52,838 nt of DNA from Chloroflexota bacterium (GTDB lineage: Bacteria > Chloroflexota > Dehalococcoidia > Lucifugimonadales > UBA3495), in NCBI GenBank assembly GCA_027623675.1, contig JAQBVF010000025.1:1-52838 (forward strand), given 5' to 3'. Both the position numbers and the translations under genes were made by a program. The first letter of the stretch is position 1. Each line of letters begins with the position of its first letter. Below the pieces are notes generated by a model that was not told the origin of the DNA, did no database searches, and worked only from the letters and a program-made list of their open reading frames with translations. Below, piece by piece: positions 1 to 10,266 of this stretch.

Positions 1-95
1 TGGACACCGAGCAGAGCATTGGCAGACCCTGGAAAGATGGCGGGACTCTCACTTAATTTCGCACTAAACCTGTCCAACTAATGGGGTCCACCTTA
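1..95 (+). mobile_element. 3' end and right terminal repeat of an IS3-family element (rest lies outside the window)
   Basis: gcgggactctcacttaat...cctgtccaactaatggggtccacctta closely matches the end of the IS3 fragment at 45597-45652 (gcgggaccctcacttaat...cctgtcttaataatggggtccacctaa). Confidence 0.75.
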
Positions 96-520
96 ATCCG
101 CATCGATTCTTGCACAAGTTTGTATTCATCAGAAAGATGTTTGGGGACATAATCTTCTTCCTTAGCTCCTACAAACCTAACCTGAATTCCGATAGCGTCA
201 ATCATTTCCTTTAACTCGGCAGAATAGACGGTGAGTGATCTAATTAATCTGTCACGAGCATTCAATCCCATTCTGACCTTAGGCACTATCGTGTACTACC
301 GCCTTCGACGTTTGGGGGGTTAGGGATTGAAATTCGAATTGTTTTTTATGCCAATCAATCCAACCCACAATCATCCAATTTCTTTCCGAAACTAATTCTA
401 TCGGTTAGGCAGCGATGAAACAACGGGCCTTTACTATCACACTCATTTTGAATCCAACTACCCATTGATGACTGGTAGTACAATATCTGCTCCTGACACC
501 GGAAGCAGACGCCAGAGCTT
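96..520 (-). pseudogene. AT-rich degraded foreign ORF remnants, cut by the IS3 end
   Basis: Visibly lower GC than the flanks; broken ORFs 355-543 (CxxC...HxC) and 53-286, the latter running into the IS3 end. Confidence 0.3.
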
Positions 521-541
521 ACGCGCGGGGAGATTAAAACC

Positions 542-1603
542 ATGCGGTTCGGCCATTTCTTCTACCCCATGAAGTTTGACGACAGCCGGGACGAGCAGGA
601 GATCCTGGCTTGTCTGGACGAGGCCCAGCTTGTTGAGGAGTTGGGCATGGACGCCATCTGGTTCGCCGAGCATTACTTCACCGGCGAGTGCGTCTACGGC
701 GACCCGCTGGTGTTCGCCAGCGCGGTGGCGGTTAAGACCAAGAAGATTATGCTGGGCTTCGGCATCCTGGAACTGCCGCTGCACAATCCGGTGCGGGTGG
801 CCATCCAAACGGCCCTGCTGGACAACCTATGCCAGGGGCGGCTGGTGGTCGGCACGGGCCGCGGCTCCAACTACAACGCCTTCGAGTATGTCGGGTTCGG
901 CACAACGCCCGGACTGGGGAAGCAGCAACTGGACGAGGCAGAGGAACTGCTGGTCAAGGCCTGGACCGAGGACAACGTGGACTTCCGGGGCAAATACTGG
1001 CAGGTGTCGTTCCCGTCAGTGCGCCCCAGGCCCTACCAGAAACCCCATCCGCCGCTGGCCCGGGCCTGCACCGGCGACGCGTCACTGGTGGAGATGGCCA
1101 AGATCGGCCGGCCGGTCCTGATCCGGGGCAACTCAACCAATGGCACGGGGGAGAAGATCAGGCTGTTCCGAGACACCATGTCCGCCGCCGGGTTCGGCGA
1201 AGCAGCGGTGGAGCAGGCCCTGGACCAGATCTGGGTCTGGCGCGAGATGCACGTCGCCGAGTCCGACGGCCAGGCGATGGACGAGTTCCTGCCGGTCCAC
1301 CACGACGCCTACGCCAAGATGGAAGCGGTCCGCCAACGGTGGAACCCGCCCGAGATGGACATATCCATACAGCGGGCGCCCATCGGCCGGTCGGCCTACG
1401 GCGAGGCGCCCAATCCGGACGCGTCGGAGTCGATGGTCGGCAGTCCCAAGCGCGTGGCCGAACAGGTGGCCATGATGCGGGATGTTGGAGTCAGGAACCT
1501 GATGCTGACCAACCGGGGCCTTGTGTCCCAGGATAAGGCGGCCAAGTCGCTGCACCTGCTCAGCGAAAAGGTCATGCCGTCATTCCAGGGCCAGGGCGCC
1601 TGA
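542..1603 (+). CDS. LLM-class flavin-dependent oxidoreductase (luciferase-like monooxygenase)
   Basis: MRFGHF start, WFAEHYF, LPLHNPVRVA, LDNLCQGRLVVGTGRG, PRPYQKPHPP, GSPKRVAEQ motifs. Confidence 0.93.
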   Translation: MRFGHFFYPMKFDDSRDEQEILACLDEAQLVEELGMDAIWFAEHYFTGECVYGDPLVFASAVAVKTKKIMLGFGILELPLHNPVRVAIQTALLDNLCQGRLVVGTGRGSNYNAFEYVGFGTTPGLGKQQLDEAEELLVKAWTEDNVDFRGKYWQVSFPSVRPRPYQKPHPPLARACTGDASLVEMAKIGRPVLIRGNSTNGTGEKIRLFRDTMSAAGFGEAAVEQALDQIWVWREMHVAESDGQAMDEFLPVHHDAYAKMEAVRQRWNPPEMDISIQRAPIGRSAYGEAPNPDASESMVGSPKRVAEQVAMMRDVGVRNLMLTNRGLVSQDKAAKSLHLLSEKVMPSFQGQGA

Positions 1604-1927
1604 TCCGGGGCGCTGAGTTAATCATCAACCAGCAACCGGTACTTGCGGCGCACGACCGCCGCGTGGTGTCCGGCCACCTCCGATCCGGCCCTGAATGATG
1701 TTGCCTGAATCCGTTGGATGAGAGCCGGCTTTTGGGCTGATCCAACCGCCCACTATCCGCCGAAAGTGTCACTCGAAGCAACCCATCTCAACCGGGCGGC
1801 CCTCTCGGTTGCGGCTCCCATTACCGGCCGGTAACCTGTCATAATCAACCTATCAAGAGTCCGAACCAGTCCCGGACCCCTTCGGCCTTGTGCGAAAGCG
1901 GCAAAATCTTCTTGCGGAAGGAACTCC

Positions 1928-3337
1928 ATGAAAATGTACCTCAATGGTGAATGGGTGGACCGAGCGGAGACCATTTCTGTCTTGAATCCCTTCGATGATT
2001 CGGTGGTTGACACGGTGCCCCGAGGTACCGCGGCAGACGTCGACCAGGCCATCAGCAGCGCCGTGCGCGGAGCTAAGGCCATGGCCAAGCTTACCTCCTA
2101 CGAACGTTACGCCATATTGCGCCGGGCCGCGGAGCTCATGGAACAGCGCGCTGAAGAATTGGGCCAGACCATTACGCTGGAAGAGGGCAAGGTCATTTCC
2201 GAAGGCCGGGGCGAGGTGCAGCGCGCCATCCAGACCATCACCGTCTCGTCGGAAGAGGCCAAGAGGTTGCACGGCGAGACCATACCGTTGGACGCGGCGC
2301 CGGGAAACGTGAACCAATTCGGATTTACCATCCGGGTCCCAGTGGGAGTAGTGGCGGCGATCACCCCATTTAACTTCCCACTCAACCTGGTTTGCCACAA
2401 GGTCGGCCCGGCGCTGGCAGCCGGCAACGCGGTAGTGCTCAAGCCCGCCGGGGATACACCATTATCGGCCTTGAAGCTCGTTGAGATATTGCTGGAATCT
2501 GGGCTTCCGGCAGAGGCGATCCAATGCGTCACCGGACCGGGAGGCGAGATCGGGGACGCGCTGACCGGCGACCACCGGGTGCGCAAGATCACCTTTACGG
2601 GGAGTATGGAGGTTGGCGAGCGCATCTGCCGTAACGCCGGGATCAAGAAAGTAACGATGGAACTGGGGTCCAACAGCCCGCTGATCGTCATGTCGGATGC
2701 CGACATTGAAAAAGTGGCTGCGGCGACAGTGAGCGGCGGATTCGGAAACGCGGGCCAGACCTGTATCTCCACCCAGCGAGTGTACGCCGACCGGCGGATA
2801 TATGCCGACCTGCTAGACGCTCTGGTAGCGCCGACCGAGGCGTTCGCCACCGGCAACCCACTGGATGAGACCATGCGCATGGGTCCGATGATCCGGTCGG
2901 CAGACGCCGCCAGGGTCGGCCAATGGATCGGGGAAGCCGTTGGACAAGGGGCGCGTATCGTCGCCGGCGGGAACTGGGAGGGCAACTTCCACTCCCCGAC
3001 GATCGTGGCCGACGCCACGGCCGACATGCGGATATCTCGGGATGAGCTGTTCGGTCCCGCGGTGGCAGTCAGCGCTTTCAGCGACATCGACGAGGCGATA
3101 AACATGGCCAACGATAGCAGGTTCGGGTTATCGGCCGGGATTTTCACCCAAAACATCGACTGGGCCATGCGGTTCGCGAAAGAAGTGGAGTCCGGCAATC
3201 TGCACATCAACTCCTCTCCCCAGTGGCGCGCCGACCTGATGCCTTACGGGGGCCTGAAGGACAGCGGCATGGGGAAAGAGGGGCCCGCTTACGCCGTGCA
3301 CGAGATGACCGAGCTAAAGATGGTGGTTTTCCATTAG
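1928..3337 (+). CDS. Aldehyde dehydrogenase family protein
   Basis: ITPFNFPLNL, FTGS, catalytic MELGSNSP and GQTCIS, ELFGP, PYGGLKDSG. Confidence 0.95.
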   Translation: MKMYLNGEWVDRAETISVLNPFDDSVVDTVPRGTAADVDQAISSAVRGAKAMAKLTSYERYAILRRAAELMEQRAEELGQTITLEEGKVISEGRGEVQRAIQTITVSSEEAKRLHGETIPLDAAPGNVNQFGFTIRVPVGVVAAITPFNFPLNLVCHKVGPALAAGNAVVLKPAGDTPLSALKLVEILLESGLPAEAIQCVTGPGGEIGDALTGDHRVRKITFTGSMEVGERICRNAGIKKVTMELGSNSPLIVMSDADIEKVAAATVSGGFGNAGQTCISTQRVYADRRIYADLLDALVAPTEAFATGNPLDETMRMGPMIRSADAARVGQWIGEAVGQGARIVAGGNWEGNFHSPTIVADATADMRISRDELFGPAVAVSAFSDIDEAINMANDSRFGLSAGIFTQNIDWAMRFAKEVESGNLHINSSPQWRADLMPYGGLKDSGMGKEGPAYAVHEMTELKMVVFH

Positions 3338-3465
3338 GTCCAACCAGGCAACGGAGAATAGCCACGATCACATTCCCCGCCACGTGAAACGCCGTTGGAT
3401 CTAAAAGGGGCGGGGAAGATAAACAAGCGACAGGCGGCTAAGTAAGGGTCCCGATCCCTCTGCAG

Positions 3466-3506
3466 AGCCCATCATTCAAAGCTAACTTGGCCTTGAATGA
3501 TGGGCT
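3466..3506. terminator. Hairpin, likely terminator after ALDH
   Basis: 14-bp perfect arms agcccatcattcaa / ttgaatgatgggct. Confidence 0.6.
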
Positions 3507-4035
3507 GTGCTTCGTCCGACGATCTTTCGACATGCCCCGCTCCTTTCAGACAGCAACCGCTGTCCGTCATTTCAGGAACAGAACTCCCGCTGAACCAGGT
3601 GTCTGAAAACCTGGCCCACCTCATCCATCCTCGATCGCCGGTTTGGGCCTGTCTCCTTCAGTGCGCCACCGGTTAATCCAGGGTTAGCCAGTAGCCGGCT
3701 ATACCAACCGATTCGCATCAACTGTGTTGGATAAACATGTCGCACATTGTTGCAAATAACTATATACATTGTTCTGGCATAACTATACACAAATAATGAT
3801 TTCCCAATCTTTATGGTCAATCGAAAATACCGCATGAAGTCTCGATCAGAATGCTGAGCGCCAGGGGCGGCCATTCGTCCGAAACCGATGGCCATCTATG
3901 TATCTATTATCTGTTGCAGCCTGCTCTTTTCAGGCGGACCGGCCTAGCCGGCGCGGTGGCCCAAGGCTAGGACTCTGAGCATCATCAAGCTCGAACCGTA
4001 TCACCAACAGATGGCCTATTTGGCCCAACCAGTGC

Positions 4036-4110
4036 ATGATAATAATCTAAACATGTTGACACATCAAAAGATTAGCAGTAGGCTCTTAAAGATTTAATAA
4101 GATAGTACAT
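4036..4110 (+). promoter_or_regulatory. AT-rich promoter region with TTGACA and a partial Fur-box-like sequence upstream of the iron operon
   Basis: tgataataatctaaa partly matches TGATAATnATTATCA; ttgaca follows about 20 bp later; lies upstream of iron-binding lipoproteins. Confidence 0.3.
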
Positions 4111-4188
4111 GTTTACAAAAGCAATATAGAGAAACAGCAAAGGGTTTATTCGAAGCCAAATACATCGGATAGGAGATCAACGACGTTT

Positions 4189-5337
4189 ATGACGGTACTA
4201 GGAAGAGGCATCACAGGATTATTTGCGGTCATCCTTCTTTCGGTGGTCTTGACTGCCTGCGGAGGGTCGGGTGAAGACCGCCCCGGCAGTGTGTCGGTGG
4301 ACCCGAGTAGTGAGACGGTATCCGTGTCAGGGATCGGACCCGGATCGAGCACCGGCACGGGGAGCCAGACAAATGGCGCAGTCCCTTCAGTGGGCCTGGG
4401 CGGCTATGAGCCAGTCTCGGACGTCGGTGCGCATGCCCGGGTGTCCGAGGATGTTGAGGAGATCAACGGCCTGCTAGGTACAATGCCCTACGACTATGAC
4501 GCCATCAAAGACATCTACGTGCAGGGGAAATACTCGGTGAACGCCGACGGATCGGTGCGGACACTCGCGGGGTTCGCCCGTAACGCCGGACGGTCCGAGC
4601 CGATCTGGGATGACTATACGGCTTATTTCAATGACAAAACCTGGTTGGACACCTTTGTGATGGCGGCGATCGACGGGACGGGCCTTTTCGCCGGTGAGCC
4701 GGACGCTGTGCGGAAGCAGGGCATCCAGAAGGGCATTCAGAACCAAGTGATGGTTGCCTGGATGCTGCATGAGATGGTAGGAGCGCTGGAAAAAGCAGAG
4801 GCCGGCAATTTCGACCCGGCCTCTGGCGCCCCCCACAATTGGGACGAAGCTTGGGCGTTCTACCACGGAACGGAGCCCGGCCACGCGCCTTACGCCACGG
4901 CCGACAAGCGGGGCGCTAATCTCGGAACGGGCACCGCGGTTAATGACGCCATTCTGGCGGCCATGTTACAGGGGAGGGATGCCCTGGTTGGGTCCGATGC
5001 CGCCGGCGCCCGCCAGGCCTACGAAGAGGTCCTGCGGCAGGTGCAGATTACCTACATCCAGGCCGCCATCCGGTACGCCCACGAAATGACGGTAGCCCTG
5101 GAGGCCGGCGACACCGCCAAGGCCCGCGTTGAGCAAGCGGAGGGGTTGGCATTCTACCGAGTTATTGAGCCGCTGATCGCCGGAGCCGACGCCGGCGTCG
5201 CCTCCGAGGTTGGCGCCTATCTCAACCTCGCTAACCCCCCGGCAGATGCGGAGCCGGCGGTCCGAGAAGCGCTGGAAAGCGTCTATCAGCAATTGGGTAT
5301 CACCGCAGATCAAGTCGGGAATCTAACCGGATCTTGA
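4189..5337 (+). CDS. FEA1-like (low-iron-inducible) lipoprotein, putative iron-binding
   Basis: Lipobox LTAC; PHNWDEAWAFYHG and PYATADKRG motifs resemble FEA1/Fe-assimilation family proteins; next to a FutA-like gene. Confidence 0.7.
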   Translation: MTVLGRGITGLFAVILLSVVLTACGGSGEDRPGSVSVDPSSETVSVSGIGPGSSTGTGSQTNGAVPSVGLGGYEPVSDVGAHARVSEDVEEINGLLGTMPYDYDAIKDIYVQGKYSVNADGSVRTLAGFARNAGRSEPIWDDYTAYFNDKTWLDTFVMAAIDGTGLFAGEPDAVRKQGIQKGIQNQVMVAWMLHEMVGALEKAEAGNFDPASGAPHNWDEAWAFYHGTEPGHAPYATADKRGANLGTGTAVNDAILAAMLQGRDALVGSDAAGARQAYEEVLRQVQITYIQAAIRYAHEMTVALEAGDTAKARVEQAEGLAFYRVIEPLIAGADAGVASEVGAYLNLANPPADAEPAVREALESVYQQLGITADQVGNLTGS

Positions 5338-5412
5338 TCCGGGGCCGCTCTCCGGCGCCGGTTGGACGGAAGTCTAAGCCGGCGCCGGCGCAACCTGGAA
5401 GAGGGAATAGAA

Positions 5413-6228
5413 TTGCGCATAACTATCGCTGGATATGGCAACATCGGACGGTTCGTCCAGCAGGTCTTCAGCCGGGTGGCGGAGACCGTGGCTTACGACC
5501 CGCCCAAGGGGCTGGGCTGCGCCGAGGACCTGAGGGACACGGACTTCGTCTTTGTCTGTGTCCCGACACCCCCGCTACCCAACGGCGAATGCGATACCCG
5601 CGCCGTGGAGGAGGTGGTGGCCTTGGCCGCGCCGCGCCGCGCCATCATCTGCCATAGCACCGTCGCCATCGGCACGACCGAACGCCTGATACGCACCTAC
5701 GCCAAACCACTGGTGTTCGTTCCGGAGTATGCCGGCGAATCATCCGAACACCCATATCGCCAGATGCAGAACCGCGATTTCTTTGTGCTCGGAGGCTACG
5801 AACCCGCGGCATCGGCGGTCAAAGAGCTGCTTTCATCGGTCTACAGCCACCAACCAATCTGCTACCTGGTACCCCCCGTGGTGGCCGAGATTGTGAAATA
5901 CATGGAAAACTCCTTCTTGGCTCTAAAAGTAGGGTTCTGCAACGAGTTCTTCGACCTTTGCAATGCCGTTGGGGTCGACTACGACGTGGTCCGCAGCCTC
6001 TGGCTCCAGGACCACCGGGTCAACCCCAGCCATACGGAAGTCACGGCGGAACGTGGTTACGGAGGTTCCTGCCTGCCTAAAGACGTAGCTTCGGTCTGCG
6101 CCTCGGCGCGTCATTTGGGGTCGCCAATGGAAATCATGGAGGCCTTGCAACTGGCAAACCTCAGGCATAGGTCAACCGATGATCCACCACAGCCACCACC
6201 CGCGAAGGTGAACCAATGTGTCTTATGA
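5413..6228 (+). CDS. UDP-glucose/GDP-mannose dehydrogenase family, short form lacking the C-terminal UDP-binding domain
   Basis: GYGNIG Rossmann motif, FVCVPTP, STVAIGTT, AEIVKYMENSFLALK, GYGGSCLPKD; TTG start after gaggga. Confidence 0.85.
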   Translation: MRITIAGYGNIGRFVQQVFSRVAETVAYDPPKGLGCAEDLRDTDFVFVCVPTPPLPNGECDTRAVEEVVALAAPRRAIICHSTVAIGTTERLIRTYAKPLVFVPEYAGESSEHPYRQMQNRDFFVLGGYEPAASAVKELLSSVYSHQPICYLVPPVVAEIVKYMENSFLALKVGFCNEFFDLCNAVGVDYDVVRSLWLQDHRVNPSHTEVTAERGYGGSCLPKDVASVCASARHLGSPMEIMEALQLANLRHRSTDDPPQPPPAKVNQCVL

Positions 6229-7277
6229 TTCGAAAACTCCGGATAGCCTTGGGCCGAACGTTAAACATTCCCATACCGGTGTTGACGCTGACGGTGTTAT
6301 CGCTGTTCTTGCTGGCGGCAGCGGGGTGCGCTGGCGGTGGCGATGAGGAATTGGTCATATACTCCAGCCGCACCAGCAGCCTTGTTCAGCCGCTTCTCGA
6401 ACGATACGCCGACGAGACGGGAGTGAATATCCGGGTGAAGTATGCCAACACGGCTAGCACGGTGGCCACCCTACTCGAGGAAGGGCAGAACTCCCGGGCG
6501 GACGTCGTCTATCTAGCGGACCCCAGCGGCTGGGCGGCGCTTTCGCAAGCGGGGATCCTTTCCCGCCTGCCGGAAAGTCTCTTGGACCAGGTCGACAGCC
6601 GATTCCGTTCCAGCCGGGGAGAATGGGTCGGCGCTTCGGGAAGGTCGAAGGTGGTGGTCTATAACACACGAAACATCGACCCAGCCCGAGACCTTCCCCA
6701 GTCCATCATGGATTTCACCGATAGCAAATGGAAGGGCCGGATCGGCTGGGCGCCCACCCATAGCGAGTGGCAGATCCTCTTGATGGCTATACGTCTCGAA
6801 AAGGGGGAGGAAGCCGCCCGTCAATGGTTGGAAGGAATCAAGGCCAACGAGCCCCGCAGTTATCCCAACCTCATCAGCATCGTCCAGGCTGTCGCCACCG
6901 GGGAGGTGGACGTGGGCTTCGTCAACCACTACTACGTGCCGCGCTTCATCGAAGAAGAGGGGGAGGATTTCGGGGCGCGCAACTATTACATCGGTCATGG
7001 CGACCCAGGCGCCGTGATCGACGTGGCCGGGGTGGCCATTGTAGAGACAGCCTCCGACCGGAAGGCGGCGGAGGGTTTCGTCGCGTACATGCTGGGCGCG
7101 GAGGCGCAGCGATATTTCTCGGAACGGACCCATGAATACCCGGTCAGCGCCGGGGTGCAACCGAGTGGAGACCTCCCTCCGCTGAGTTCCCTTGATCCCC
7201 CAAACATCAACCCGGCGGAGTTGTCTGAGTTGGAGAGCACCATAAAAATGCTCCGAGACGCTGGGATAATCCCGTAG
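6216..7277 (+). CDS. Fe3+ ABC transporter substrate-binding lipoprotein (FutA/FbpA-like)
   Basis: Lipobox AAGC, LVIYSSR, EGQNSRADV, WKGRIGWAPT, VNHYY (tandem Tyr iron ligands), THEYPV. Confidence 0.9.
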   Translation: MCLMIRKLRIALGRTLNIPIPVLTLTVLSLFLLAAAGCAGGGDEELVIYSSRTSSLVQPLLERYADETGVNIRVKYANTASTVATLLEEGQNSRADVVYLADPSGWAALSQAGILSRLPESLLDQVDSRFRSSRGEWVGASGRSKVVVYNTRNIDPARDLPQSIMDFTDSKWKGRIGWAPTHSEWQILLMAIRLEKGEEAARQWLEGIKANEPRSYPNLISIVQAVATGEVDVGFVNHYYVPRFIEEEGEDFGARNYYIGHGDPGAVIDVAGVAIVETASDRKAAEGFVAYMLGAEAQRYFSERTHEYPVSAGVQPSGDLPPLSSLDPPNINPAELSELESTIKMLRDAGIIP

Positions 7278-7288
7278 TAGGGCATAAC

Positions 7289-8809
7289 GTGTCGAAGAAT
7301 AGCCTTTTACCGGCCTCCTTTTGGGATTCTCTTGGGGCTTCTCTTCGCGCCTCTTTGCCAAAACGCTTGCAAGGCGCCTGGTCCATGACCGGTTCGTCCG
7401 TTCGGGTCGCCGTGGCCGCCTTTGCCATGTTCGCTATTCTCGCCACCGTATATATCGCGTCGATCGATATTAGGGCGACGCGTGGCGCAGCGATAACTGG
7501 CGACGAGCCCTTTTACCTGCTCACCACTCAGAGCCTGCTCCAAGATGGTGATTTGGACCTGAGCCAGCAGTATCGTCGGCGTTCGTACGAATCGTTCTTC
7601 GACCATTCCGACGGACTATGGAGTCAGTCAATCACTCGTGATGACGGCACGTTTCTCAGCCCACATAACCTAGGTTTGCCCCTGTTGCTTCTGCCGGGGT
7701 TCGGCGCGGCCGGACTGCTTGGCGCCCAGGTCCAGATGTTGGTGATGGCCGCGCTGACCTTCGCCCTCGTCTACATCTTGATCGTACAGTTGACCGGCGC
7801 GGCATGGCCTAGCTGGCTGGCGACGATGGCGGTAGCGCTCACGGCCACCGCCTTCATCTATGCCACCGAGATCTACCCAGAGGTCCCAGCAGCCCTGGCC
7901 TTGACTGCGTCTCTGCTTATCCTACGGGGACTTGGCCGGCCGGGAATCTGGCGGGCACTGGGGCTGGCAGCCTGCCTAACGGCCATGGCATGGCTGGGCA
8001 TAAAGTACGCCCCTCTGGCTGGCCTGGTAGGGCTATGGTCGCTCTGGCGGATGCACCGCCAAGAACGCATCGCGTTTGCGGCGGCGGCGAGTGTCAGTGC
8101 CGCGTTCTTCGTGTGGTTCCAACTGAGGACCTTCGGGGCCCTCACTCCGTACAGCGCCGGTTTGGTCTATGCCGGGGATAGCACGCTCACCATTCTTGGC
8201 GAACACTTCGACTTTGCGTCGCGGACCTACCGTTTATTGGGGTTATTCGTTGACCAGCGGTTCGGTATTGGGCGGTGGGCGCCGGTCCTATTGGCGGTCC
8301 TTCCAGCCATGCTTCTGCTCTGGCGGGCCGGCGGTATCGCGAGATTGGTGCTGGGGGTAATCGCGGCGCAATGGCTCGTCGCCACATTTGTCGCGATAAC
8401 GATGATGGGTTGGTGGTTTCCCGGCAGGACGTTGATGACGGTGCTGCCCTTGCTTGCGTTACCATTGACGCTTCTCCTAGTCCGGTCGCCTTTATTGGTC
8501 CGGGTGGGGGTGGCCCTTCTGGGCGTGTACTCGCTGGCCGTCACCGCCATGCTAGCCAAGGCAGGTCACGCCAGGGAGATTGTCATCGCCGTTGATCCAT
8601 TCGAGATGTCCTCACCCATTTTCCAGATCACCTCTCGGTTGTTTCCCAATTACACGTTCTGGGATGGGGCAACGTGGAGTTTAACCGCAGCCTGGCTGGT
8701 CCTCGTGGCGGCGGCCGCAGTGGGTTTGTACTTGGCTTGGTACCGTCGCGGTCCCACGCCCGTTCCAGGCCAGGCATCACCGGTGATTCAGCGGACGGAG
8801 GATTATTAA
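7289..8809 (+). CDS. Polytopic membrane protein, GT-C-like glycosyltransferase
   Basis: TM1 followed by a GDEPFY acidic loop, SPHNLGLP, IYPEVPAA, many TM helices; start uncertain. Confidence 0.65.
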   Translation: MSKNSLLPASFWDSLGASLRASLPKRLQGAWSMTGSSVRVAVAAFAMFAILATVYIASIDIRATRGAAITGDEPFYLLTTQSLLQDGDLDLSQQYRRRSYESFFDHSDGLWSQSITRDDGTFLSPHNLGLPLLLLPGFGAAGLLGAQVQMLVMAALTFALVYILIVQLTGAAWPSWLATMAVALTATAFIYATEIYPEVPAALALTASLLILRGLGRPGIWRALGLAACLTAMAWLGIKYAPLAGLVGLWSLWRMHRQERIAFAAAASVSAAFFVWFQLRTFGALTPYSAGLVYAGDSTLTILGEHFDFASRTYRLLGLFVDQRFGIGRWAPVLLAVLPAMLLLWRAGGIARLVLGVIAAQWLVATFVAITMMGWWFPGRTLMTVLPLLALPLTLLLVRSPLLVRVGVALLGVYSLAVTAMLAKAGHAREIVIAVDPFEMSSPIFQITSRLFPNYTFWDGATWSLTAAWLVLVAAAAVGLYLAWYRRGPTPVPGQASPVIQRTEDY

Positions 8810-10200
8810 TGGTTGGCTCAGTTCAAGATTCCAGTCTGGCTAATACGGTCTCCATTCTAGGCGCGGGGCCGGCCGGATTGGCCTGTGGTTGGGCGCTGGA
8901 AGAGCTGGGCCACCGGGACTATTCCATCTTCGAGAAATCCTCCGCTCACGGTGGCAACGCCAGGACCGTCGAGTTCGGCGAATTCCGGTACGACACCGGC
9001 CCGCACCGTTTCCACGAGCGGAACCCCGAGGCCACGAGGCGCATTTCCGAATTGATGGGACCCGAGCTCCATGAGGTTGCCGCTCCGGCGCGCATCTGCT
9101 GGCAAGGCCGCTTCGTCGACTTTCCCCTACGCCCCACACAGATCCTGATGAAGGGCGGTCTCCGATACACGGCCCGCGCGACCAAGGATCTGGTCGCGTC
9201 CCGTCTGAAGCATCGCGGTGGGTCAGACGAGACGCCGCAGGACTTTTCATCCTACGCCCGCGCACGGTTCGGCAAGACAATCGCGGAAACATTCCTGATT
9301 CCATTTTCCGAAAGGCTGTGGGGTCTGCCCGGCTCGGAACTCTCTCCCGACATCGCCGGAAGGCGCTTACCGGGTTTCTCCTTGAGGGGGATGATCAAGG
9401 AAGCATTTCTCGGTTCCAAGAACCCCGATCACCTGGAAGGTCGATTCCTCTACCCCCGCCTCGGATATGGACAGATCTCCGACAAGATGGCCGACAGGTT
9501 ATCCAGCGGGGCTTTACGCTATCGACACCAGGTCGTGGGCATCGAGACCCTTGGCAACGAAGTTGCCGGTGTAGCGGTTGAAACCGGCGGGGCGGTACGC
9601 CAGACCAGCCCGGGGACCGTGATCAACACCCTTCCGATATCCACGGTAGCTCAGATGATGGCGCCCAGACCGCCTCAAGAGGTTATGGATGCGGCCGCCT
9701 GCCTTAGATTCAGGGACGTATTGCTAGTCGCCATTTTTATCGACCAAGAGTCGATCAGTGACGCCGCGGTCACCTATTTCCAGGACCGCGAACACGAATT
9801 CACCCGCGCCCACGAGCCGCGCAACCGCAGCCGAGCCATGAGTCCGGAAGGCAAGACATCTCTGGTCGTTGAGTTCCCTTGTTTCCGGGGTGATGCGATC
9901 TGGGACCGCGACGAGACCCGGTTGGTTGCAGGGCTGGTCCAAAGTCTCGAAAAGATGGGTCTGGTCAAGGAGTCGCGAGTCACCGGGTACGACGTCCATC
10001 GTCTGCGGAACGCCTACCCTGTTTATTTCAAGGGCTACGGTGCGGCCACGGAGGTGGTGTTGTCCTATTTACGCCGGTTCGAAAATCTACGTACTTTGGG
10101 GCGCGGCGGCAGCTACTTCTACGGCCACGTGCATGACTTCGTAAGCGATGCTTTCAAGATCGCCGCAGAGGTGGACCGATTCAGTAATGCCAAGCTGTAG
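8809..10200 (+). CDS. FAD-dependent oxidoreductase (protoporphyrinogen oxidase/UDP-galactopyranose mutase-like, glycosylation-locus type)
   Basis: ILGAGPAGL, FEK...GGNART, DTGPHRF, FLYPRLGYGQI, AYPVY, GRGGSYFY; ATG overlaps the upstream TAA. Confidence 0.85.
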   Translation: MVGSVQDSSLANTVSILGAGPAGLACGWALEELGHRDYSIFEKSSAHGGNARTVEFGEFRYDTGPHRFHERNPEATRRISELMGPELHEVAAPARICWQGRFVDFPLRPTQILMKGGLRYTARATKDLVASRLKHRGGSDETPQDFSSYARARFGKTIAETFLIPFSERLWGLPGSELSPDIAGRRLPGFSLRGMIKEAFLGSKNPDHLEGRFLYPRLGYGQISDKMADRLSSGALRYRHQVVGIETLGNEVAGVAVETGGAVRQTSPGTVINTLPISTVAQMMAPRPPQEVMDAAACLRFRDVLLVAIFIDQESISDAAVTYFQDREHEFTRAHEPRNRSRAMSPEGKTSLVVEFPCFRGDAIWDRDETRLVAGLVQSLEKMGLVKESRVTGYDVHRLRNAYPVYFKGYGAATEVVLSYLRRFENLRTLGRGGSYFYGHVHDFVSDAFKIAAEVDRFSNAKL

Positions 10201-10266
10201 GTTGCCCTGCCAAGCGGAACGATCAAGACCGACCGGCTTCGGGCGGACCGGCGTCGGGCAGCAACT

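Noticed and set aside
3572..3895. 107-aa minus-strand ORF in the AT-rich gap
   Set aside because: No motif or RBS; more likely regulatory DNA upstream of the iron operon.
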